Shown here: in pieces, positions 55,401-64,000 of the stretch | How positions within the stretch are numbered: position 1 is the first letter of the stretch | Layout of the letters: every line of letters begins with the position of its first letter | Source: Mytilus edulis | Taxonomy: Eukaryota | DNA: 64,000 nt | Assembly (NCBI RefSeq): GCF_963676685.1 | Contig: NC_092352.1 | Location: 14,384,001 to 14,448,000 of the forward strand | Direction: 5' to 3' | Notes under the pieces: model-generated | What the model was told of the DNA's origin: nothing | Database searches by the model: none | Seen by the model: the letters and a program-made list of their open reading frames with translations, nothing else | Position numbers and translations under genes: made by a program

Positions 55401-58400
55401 TCGTTTGGGGGTTGACTGCCGATGCGACATATATGTCGTTTAATTGGTTTTAATAAAACAATCATATTTTATTTCTTTTTATCTTTTATGCTTTTGATAT
55501 TCTTATATAATATATACATTGTTGTTTTGAATTCATTATGACGTAATACGTTAAGTATATATGACGTCATAAATGTCAAAAGATCGTCTGTACTGTTCCC
55601 GACATAGCTATGGAAGACAGTGACGGTGACATAACAGACATAGTAACTTCGGGCGACGAAGATTCTGACGATGCTGATGTTGAAATGCCAGACAATGCTG
55701 CAAGACAGCCTAACCCTTGGTTTTCTGTGGTAGACAAAGAAACGTTTGAGCTAGACGTTAATCGTGATTTCGAAGAACGGATTGGGCCGTGTGGATTTGA
55801 AGCCAATTTTTCACCGGTGGATTACTTTGATAAATTTTTGAAAACAGAAGATGATGACTTGATTGATCGCATTGTAGATGAAACAAATAGGTACATTATT
55901 GGTTTTATATGTTTCAAATTATAACGTTCTTAATTTTCTTTGAATGTATATTTATATGTTTCCGTAATATAATTGCGGTCTACAAATCAATTTTCAAAGT
56001 ATTCTAATAATTAAATAACGCTCCAAAAGATAGCAGAGACATTTTTTCACAACATTAATTTAAAAGTTCTTGCTACCCTCCCACCCCCCCCCCCCCCCCC
56101 CCTCATCCAACAAAAACACCAGTAATCCTGTATATCCAATAACATATAACTGGTTTTGTCAACAGGTATGCCAACCAGTGCCAAACTACAGAGAATCCAA
56201 CAAGACATGCCAGATCAAACGAATGGTCACCAGTTAGCTATGCTGAGATGAGAGCCTTTATTGGTCTTGTTCTCGCGATGGGTATCGTAAAGAAATCCTC
56301 CATTGAAAGCTATTGGGAAGCGTCTGGTATCTCTGAAACCCCAAATTTCAGGGATGTGATGTCCAGAAATAGATTTCAGGCAATACTGAGATATCTGCAT
56401 TGCAGCAACAATACAACAGCAGTTCCAAGAGGTCAGCCAGGATACGACCCCCTCCACAAGATAAATCCAGTTGTTGAATTCTTCAATGAAGTGTTCGAAC
56501 TTAATTATAGGTAAATGTCAACTCAAATATAGAAATATACACAAGCCATTACGCGGTCATGTTTCCATGTTAAAAATAAACATAATTTATTGCTGGAACT
56601 GAGACGAATTTTGTCCTAATCATATTTTCCACTGCATACTAACTGTCATTGATTTAACACTGGTACCTCTTGTTTCGGGAAAGATAAGAGTAAAAAAAAA
56701 TCAATGTAATCAAAATTGTACAATCTGGTTATGTCGTTCATTATAAAATTCTAAAATATACATATTATTTTTTAATGTATTTTTTTTTTAATTGAGACAA
56801 GACTTGTTGTAAATAGATTTTACGGATTTTCAGACTATCTCAAAACATAGTTGTGGATGAGAGAATAGTTGGTTTCAAAGGGCGTCATGTTTTGAAACAA
56901 TACATTTCAAACAAGAAGGCACACAGATGGGGAGCAAAGTTGTTCGTCTTAGCTGAATCCAGAACAGGTTATACCCATCAGATAAATGTGTACAAAGGGA
57001 AACGAAATACAGAACGCCATCCCAATGGACAAGGGTAAGTGAAAAAAAGGGGGTGGTAACTCTGGATTTTCAGGTTTAGCGAAAATGCCAAAATAATATC
57101 GGCGAGATAATTTTTATGAAAATACCTTATCGGAAAAGAACACGAAAAATATTACTTTAATTGACTCAAATTAACATGATTGTTTCTGTAAATCGATGGC
57201 GACTGTATTGCGAATGAATATGACAATCCATGAAAGTAGACCAAAATTTACGCACATCTCCAGGTTTATACAGGGTATAACTTAATGACGCTGTTAATTA
57301 AGAAATGCCTACTTCTTATAATCAAGTAAGGCCGAATATAAGACTCGCATATTTAACATTTTGACTTGATAAAAAGTTCTAATTCTTACCTATTTCTATC
57401 TAATCGTTTCATTTTGTTATTGTCGGTTTTCCTTTTATTTTTTTTCGTCATGATTATACATGCAATATTTGTGACTGGACAAACACTCAAGCAATCAATC
57501 AATTTTTTTTATAGATATAAATCGGTAATGGATTTAGTACGTCCTCATTTTGGCAAAAACCATCATGTAACTATGGATAATTGGTTTTCATCACCTAAAC
57601 TGATGAACGACCTAAGGAACCGGGGAACAAATGCAACAGGAACTGTAATAGCAAGACGGAAGGGCTTACCTGCAAGTTTTAAAACAGCTCGGCTTCCCAA
57701 AGGAAGTGTTGTTGTTAAATCACAGAGAGGTCTTTTGGCTATTTTGTACGTAGATCGGAGAAATGTGACTTTCCTGACAACAAGTGAAAATGCACGGTAA
57801 GTTTCTTGTTTTTCAACCCAGCTTTGTCCGATAGGCCAATCCCTATATAATTTGACAATACTTGACTTTTAAAATAAAAAGTTATTAAAATACAACGTTG
57901 TCAAAAAAATACTTACATCGTGGAATATATGAAATACTTTCTTACACAATGTCAAAATTAACTATACAACAAAGTACAAGCTTGAAGTAACAGTCATGGC
58001 TAATAAAATTATAATATCACCAAAGTAAACATACAATAAAACAAGTCTTACTTAATATACTTTTCAGAACTGTGCGAAAAGTTAATAGTAAAGGTAGAGT
58101 TGTGTCTGCTCCAAGTGTTGTCCACAAATACAACCAGACCATGGGCGGTGTCGATCTTGGGGATCAGCTTTTGCTTAAATTTGAGCCACAATTTAAAGGT
58201 GTGAAACTCTGGAGAAAAATTCTCTTCAACCTTCTTACTACAGCTACAGGTATGTCTCATCTTAAACATTTGCAAGCTTTTTTAGTTGTCAATTCAAAGC
58301 CTAACTAAAAGACTATGTGCTTATGTTCAGTTGCAAATATTTCATGCATTGCCTAGAACAAGGATAAGTTGATATAAGTACCACGTATGATTTTTTTCAC

Positions 58401-61296
58401 TCGTTCCCGTTATCATTTCTTATCTAATTACAAGTATATAGCTTACTGTTTGGTGTGAGCTAATGCTCCGTGTTGAAGGCCGTACTTTGACTTATAATTG
58501 TTAACTTTTTATACACTGACTTGGATGGAGAGTTGTCTCTTTGGCACTTATACCACATCTTCTTATTTATATATATGTATATAATAGATTTGCACGGACT
58601 TAAACAAATAAACTTGCACTTAATATTTTTTCAGTAAATGCATATATATGCTACAGAAACTGTTTTCTTGTCCAGAGGAAATTAGACCATGTGAAATTTC
58701 AAAACGCAGTAGTTCGTGGTTTGATCGGGGATTTTAGAGGAGGCAACAGAAGGAGGGGGAGAAGACCAGACAACATTCCTATTGCAAATGCAATAAGGAT
58801 GCATTTTCTTGATGTTATTCCTGATGGCAAGAGGCGAAAATGTGTTAAGTGTTCAGGTTATAACAAGTACAGGAAATCCCGTATATCAACATGGTGTTCT
58901 GTATGTGGCGTGGGTCTTTGTGTTGGTCGGTGTTTCAGAGAGTTTCATTCATATGGACAGGAAGAGTAAACAGTTGAATTTTGAAATATTATTCATGTAA
59001 AATACAGTGCAATAATAAAGGATCTTTTAAAAAGATTTCATGTTGTATTAAACAAATGAGTTAAAAAAAGTCAAGGATTTTTTTTTTCGCTGAAAATTCT
59101 TTTGTGTTCTCTAAAAGTTAAAAGAAAAACAAAAAAGATTTATGATTATTTCAAAGCGAAGAAATATTTTTAAAACATTTCTGTGTTTGTTGGTCCTCAT
59201 TTCATGAAATTCTGTCAACGAACGACTTCGTTTTGATCTTTTGAAAACACGAGTTTTTGTATAAACTTTTGACGTTTTCACAACGACGGCGGCGATATTT
59301 TATTTTTATTTGGCTGTAGAACGTCACTCGGTGAAATCTTTATGGTGACGTTTCTAACGTCGGGAATTTGAATTCGGCACCGAAAGGGTTAAACACATAA
59401 GTACTATTGAGAGAGAAAAATCTAATTCTTGAAAGTTTAATCACAAAGAAAGACAAATGCTTCTCCCTTGTGGCTTAGTCACCTTCATTTAAACCTTTTA
59501 TTTTAGAAGCAATGGGTAGTAGCTAACTAGCTTAATAGTTGAATAGGTGCAGAAATATGGTTTTCAAAAAGGTTTGACCCTCCCCCTTTTTCACTGAGAA
59601 ATGACAATATCTATTGTTTTGCTCAAGCGCATTAAAAATATTAGTTCTTGATTTTCTTAAAACATGTACATGTTTTTTCTGTTTTTTTTGCATATGATAT
59701 CTACTGACCAGGGGTCAAATCATTGGATAAAAGCACATGCGATGATGTATCTCACTTTACTCGTATGAAGTGTGTTATCTCCCTTGATTATCAGGTATTC
59801 CTGTAGACCGAAGTGATAATTACATAACAAAGACTATATTGTGTCATGTTTACTTACAATTTAATAATATTTAAAAGTTGTTTCTTGCCTTTTTCAATAT
59901 AGTAAACAAATTCCTTTCGGATCTCTCGGAAGTAAACAAAGTGATGATTGTGCCTAAAAAAAGTGTTCAGCCCCGTGCCAGTAATGCATTTTAAAAGCAA
60001 AGTTTCATTGAGTTTTTGCTGATCTTTATCAATAATATTTATCTTAAACCATTTATAATAACTAGGTATAAATAAAAAACTACTAACCATCATTTTCGGT
60101 GGTGTACAAGGTGAAATCATCCATAAATCAGCCTGAAAACTTCCGGAATTAAGCTTCTAATTTGGGTATACATTTACAATTAATTCTCCATAGGCCGTAA
60201 TGGTAACGTTTTCCTCCGTTGCTCAGTCCATATCGTTTACTTGAACATGTATGATGGCTCATATCGAAGCTGATACATTTATACATGTCTGGTTAAATTT
60301 TCGGGGTGGCAAGTGAGATTACTTTTTTCGCAAATTGATGGACCCCGGAAGATGGTGAAAAATGTCAGTCTCCTCATGAAATAATCCCAAAATTCTGATC
60401 ATAAAATTCAATGAAAAAATTGTCCTTTCTAATAATTTATTTCAGGTCAAATCTACATCTTTCTTTTCTCATCACACCAGCTCTATAAAACAGTTCTTAT
60501 TGTTCATTTATGTCCATTTTTAAAATCACAGCATCCACAATTGTATGGCGGACTAATATTTTTTTTAATTACGTCATCTGAGTTCCTCATCTCAAGGTCT
60601 ATTAGGGATCCTGACCCAGTTGCTGTATTTCATGGACATTTTTTTCAACCATGAGCAATTTGAAGACAGCCTTTTGTTTGTTTGGCATTATAGCCCATGA
60701 GACAACTATCAATCATAGACCAACTGATTTATGGATGAAAGCAATTGTAGGTCAAAGTACACTTCAATAATGAGAAACATTAATATTGTATAGTAAGCTA
60801 TAAAAGCTCCTCCTCATGACAATTAACACTTCATTACATTTTTAGCAATTATTACATAATCAAATCTCTAAATTTAGATACAATTAAGACTAACGGTAAA
60901 TCATAAAGAGTATCACATAATATGTTATAATACCTTAGCATACTAGCTGTTGCAAAAAGACTTGTTTTTACCATCTATGTACTCTAATGATTTAGCCTTT
61001 AAACATTACCCTATTGTTCCTTCGCACTTAAGCAAACAAACAACCATCGTACTTATAAAGCATGAGACACCATCGCACTTAAGCATAGACCATCACACTT
61101 TTGAGTACCATTGCACTTTAGAGTCCTAAATATATGATTGGTATTTTATTTAAATTAAAAAGTGGGAATCTGAATTATTTTGTTTGTTTTACAGCCATTA
61201 TGCCAGCCATATCATGATCTTGCTGCATCTTATACAACCAATAATCCATCAGAGTTACGAAACACTGTGGGTAAACATCAGGAAACGTTTAATAGG
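40484..61296 (+). CDS. COPS3: COP9 signalosome subunit 3, first 10 coding exons (3' part beyond window)
   Basis: Exons 40484-40538, 44996-45125, 45625-45737, 48610-48659, 49364-49456, 50402-50476, 51861-51965, 52729-52818, 53255-53305 and 61195-61296 are all GT-AG and in phase. Translation: [19 protein letters not shown]...[17 protein letters not shown]...CNGEHVRYA...[15 protein letters not shown]...[13 protein letters not shown]...[23 protein letters not shown]...LPKYTS. Confidence 0.96.
40674..43462. mobile_element. Old TIR DNA element with GAG...CTC termini (Sola-like?)
   Basis: GAGTGGGTCCGGGGTAATTCCGTACA versus TGTACGAAATTACCCGGACCGACTC; internal repeats of GTAAT.CCGTACA. No TSD recognisable. 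Confidence 0.5.
40982..41822 (+). mobile_element. Helentron/HINE-like element with ~195-bp internal tandem cores
   Basis: 5' hairpin TTCGACTTTAGTCGAA, (GGC)n microsatellite, about 4 core repeats, 3' hairpin GGGTTCCG/TGGAACCC and T-run flanks. Confidence 0.75.
47483..48047. mobile_element. Kolobok-type MITE
   Basis: TIRs AGGAGTAGGTCCGGTAAG..TTTTGGCC / GGCCAAAA..CTTACTGAACCTACTCCT; TTAA flanks are degenerate. Confidence 0.65.
48711..49029 (-). mobile_element. 5'-truncated tRNA-derived SINE with 12-bp TSD
   Basis: Reverse complement of the 5149-5472 family; TGTATAGCCTTA is duplicated at 48699-48710 and 49030-49041. Confidence 0.8.
50515..50782. mobile_element. Foldback MITE (near-perfect palindrome, TA flanks)
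   Basis: GTAGGCAAAGGTAATATCTTTGGTTAGCTTGCTTGTTAGCTGAACCATGAAGTCA has an exact reverse complement at ~50708-50762. Confidence 0.85.
50862..51537 (+). mobile_element. Helentron/HINE-like element with (CGTC)n microsatellite and three ~170-bp cores
   Basis: Subterminal ATGCCCCAC / GTGGGGCAT, CGTC/CGTT microsatellite, three GTTAAAGTTTTTGGTCAAGGTAG cores and a 3' hairpin GTGT.C..GGACAC. Confidence 0.8.
52528..52735 (+). repeat. Perfect 69-bp triplication spanning the COPS3 exon-8 splice acceptor
   Basis: TTGGTCTTAATGATAAAAG...TTTCTTTGTTTACAG|GCCAT three times; the AGs end at 52590, 52659 and 52728. Confidence 0.95.
55338..59388 (+). mobile_element. Complete piggyBac transposon (4051 bp)
   Basis: TTAA|CCCTTTCGGTGCC ... 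GGCACCGAAAGGG|TTAA; 35-bp subterminal repeats with the palindrome CGACATATATGTCG at 55354-55440. Confidence 0.95.
55610..58969 (+). CDS. piggyBac DDD transposase, 541 aa, six exons
   Basis: Exons 55610-55890, 56166-56510, 56834-57034, 57515-57796, 58068-58249 and 58635-58969 splice GT-AG into one 1626-nt frame. Motifs [37 protein letters not shown] and the C-terminal Cys-rich domain CVKC...CSVC...[11 protein letters not shown]. Confidence 0.93.
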
Positions 61297-61563
61297 GTAG
61301 GTAACTCTTGCATTTCATTGCTTAACATACAATTGCATGAAATCACATGCAAGTCATTTCATTTAGTTTCCTTGGTATATATTAATTTTCATATTTGAAA
61401 TATTTTCTCTTTTGAGGGTATCTAAACTGATTAGTTCATAAATCATGTTCTAAGATTTTTGCAGACTTATTGGGGTTTTGTTAGGTTTTTTTTGGTATTT
61501 ACACAAAAACAAAGTGTATATTTGTCTTTGATTCTTAAAAAAAGAACTTTATTTCATCCTTAA

Positions 61564-64000
61564 AGGGAAACTTCGCAAAAAAATCAAAGATTGATATTAT
61601 GTTCATTCTGTATAAAAATGCTCAAATTCATATATATTAAAGTTTTATTCCGCTAGATAAGCGATCACCATCGATTTTAAATTTAGAGTATCAATTCTCT
61701 GCATTCGGCCATTTTGTCTTCTTTCTCGATTAATAACAACGATATGTCTACAAACCACAAAGGAACAAAACGACAGTAACCGATGTAGTCGTAATTGCGT
61801 GTCGATATCTTGTCACTCGTACGGTTGTTTTATCCGACTAATAACTTGATACGGAAAATATTCTTATTTTTTTTAATTACCATGGTCTGTTGTTTTTAAA
61901 CTGTTAATATTGGAATTAGGTAAAAAGTCAAAGTTGAAATCATAAATAAGTGTTCCGTGAAAATTGTTTTCGAAAATCTAATTTGTTCATAATTCTTTAA
62001 AGTAATAAACTTTTTTCAAATAAATTCTGATCTTCCCTCATCTGATCACCAGCATGGCTAAAGGTATTACTTCCAAAGGTATTGTGAGGGGTGTGAGGTG
62101 ACACGTCCAGGTATTCAAGCAATTTCCTGTCGGGCTTGCAAGTTCATGCATCGTTTCACTTCTGCAGGTATTGATCAGTGTACACGGCCCATAACTTATA
62201 ACTTTCCATTTTGAACTATCAGATGTATAATATACAAGTCTGTCTTACTTGTCATTACTAAACTCATACGCTTGTTTATAAATAACATTTCTGGTGTAAA
62301 GAATATTATTCATACAAATATAAATAATACCCCAAAAAATAAGATTTGATGAAAATTTAATTAAAATCTATTTAAATATTTTTTCCAAGGGTGAATTTGG
62401 GAAAATGTAATATATACTCGTTGTCAATAGTGAAGGACAGAGTGGAACATACCAGAAATATTGATTTAAAAAATGAACGCACTTGTCGACGATTCGTTTA
62501 TACGACTGGGTAGAAAGTTACGGAACTATAGCAATTTAAAATATATACATGTATACATTGAACATAAGAAAAAAAAAATATTTTGAATAAATTGGGGTAA
62601 AAGTTTTGTAAACAACAATATGTAATCATCGAATGTCGATAGACTATTGTATACCAAAAGAAGAAGAAGAGAACCAATTTGATTTAAATACAGGTCGATG
62701 TATAACTTGCTTTGGTTCATCGAAGTTGTGGACATAGTAAAATCACAGATTTATATTTCAATAAGATTGTTCTTGAACAAAGGAAGGAATTCGTCATCAC
62801 AATTGTTATATATGCCACTGGACGGACACTAATTATAAAAATAAATTGCTTGTCCGCTAAATAGGGGTATTCTTGTCAGATAAAAGACTTTTAGTTATAT
62901 TAAAAAAATAGGGAAATATGACTTAAATTGGTTCTGTCTTTTTTTTTTAAACATCGTTAAAAAGATGTGTGTCTAAGGTGAACGCCACAAGAACCCTGTA
63001 ATACTAGTACGAGAGTATAGCATGTAAACATTCCTTTTCAATAATATGGTTGTATTGGAAATCTTTTCATACAGATTGACAACTCATGGTCCTATATGCA
63101 TGTAATATTTGCCACATGACGCCCATAGTTCTTTCTACCATCATCATCTTATTCTTTAATATTGCTGTTAACATTGATGGTTCACACCCAAACAAAATGG
63201 GAGTGATGTACCTTCAGAGCTTCTCCGTGTTATAACTTGTGAATCTTAATATATAGACGAAATTTCGGTATTGAAATGAATCTACATCTCACAAACAGGA
63301 TGTTTAACTGATAACGATTTTGAGTAATCCCCTAACGAACCAATATAAACGTATGGCAAGATATAACCATGATTGAAGGAATTTAGTTTTTGTCAGACGC
63401 AAGAACTCATCACTATCATAAACGTATACGTATATATGCATGCAGTTTCAAATATCAAGAACAAGCGGTCGATGTTGATAGTCTGTTTTCTAACTGTTCA
63501 GAGTTAGACATGTCACTTGTTCATTCTTGGAAGCCTTCATATTCCCCGTCCAACGATTGGAACTCTTTCTGGTTGTGTTGACTATATATGCTTGTATGGT
63601 TATTCTGTCGATTATTTGTACAACTGGTTGCATTTCCTTTCCCAACAAACAAACTAACGAAACGCTACTAGTCTGCTTTCTCTGGAGCTCATCCTCAATG
63701 GCGCTTATACGTCGGGAAACTTGCATGTATACTAATAATGATTGTTTCAAGAACAACGATGTAGGGACGAACTATTCTAATTTCGTCAATATCAGTTATG
63801 CATGACTAAAATATAAGTTTTATTACAACAACTGTATTTGGTCTCGAATGTATGTAAACTAAATAATGTGTTTTTATAGACTAGCTCAAATCCTCATCCA
63901 AATAATATAATCTATATGTAATAATCGTTTCCTACCACACCGAGATTTAATGCCAAGCGGTAGACATATTTTAGGTACTAATTAAGTAATTAAACGAACA
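61564..64000 (+). mobile_element. Probable left part of a TTAA-AGGG (Kolobok/Crypton-type) element with decayed coding remnants
   Basis: TTAA|AGGGAAACTTCGC start; PHD-like relic YCEGC...CRAC..SFHFC (frameshifted) at ~62078-62167. No right end found in the window. Confidence 0.35.

Larger units (their letters stand above)
53909..60617. mobile_element. Composite-like element with 454-bp long terminal direct repeats (KolobokP-like architecture), non-autonomous
   Basis: 53909-54362 and 60164-60617 appear identical; each starts GGGT and ends ACCC. AGTT is duplicated at 53905-53908 and 60618-60621. Confidence 0.8.

Noticed and set aside
55610-58969. Fragmented piggyBac pseudogene, as the ORF track suggests
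   Set aside because: All fragments join through canonical GT-AG introns with consistent phases into one open frame.
53908-60618. LTR retrotransposon (TG...CA termini)
   Set aside because: With TG/CA boundaries the flanks (CAGT versus GTTG) do not match, whereas GGGT/ACCC boundaries give an AGTT TSD. No gag/pol remnants were seen.
63074-63805. Next COPS3 exon or a separate gene
   Set aside because: No match to the expected DNNMGLVKQ-like continuation; frames are broken and have no recognisable domain.

Overview
AT-rich animal genomic DNA, most likely a bivalve. The repeat and retrozyme content resembles Mytilus, but that assignment is an inference. Four host genes are readable. (1) An intronless OpgH/MdoH-like GT2 membrane glucosyltransferase of bacterial type (476-2572, -), whose stop codon coincides with a Penelope retroelement junction. 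(2) A single-coding-exon ankyrin-repeat plus Mab-21/cGAS-like receptor (cGLR; 20260-23108, -), broken by a 1-nt frameshift in a T6 run. (3) A 5-exon 5'(3')-deoxyribonucleotidase, NT5M/NT5C (31445-35606, -). (4) Head-to-head with it, the first 10 coding exons of COPS3 (40484-61296, +; continues beyond the window). COPS3 intron 9 holds a nested structure: a composite element bounded by two apparently identical 454-bp direct repeats (AGTT target duplication), containing a complete piggyBac (TTAA TSD, 13-bp TIRs) whose 541-aa DDD transposase is intact but split by five GT-AG introns. The window also contains many type-I hammerhead ribozyme (retrozyme) copies, Penelope RT fragments, tRNA-derived SINEs, Helentron-like elements and MITEs. 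The COPS3 exon-8 splice acceptor is triplicated. Exon boundaries and translations were worked out by hand; no searches were run.
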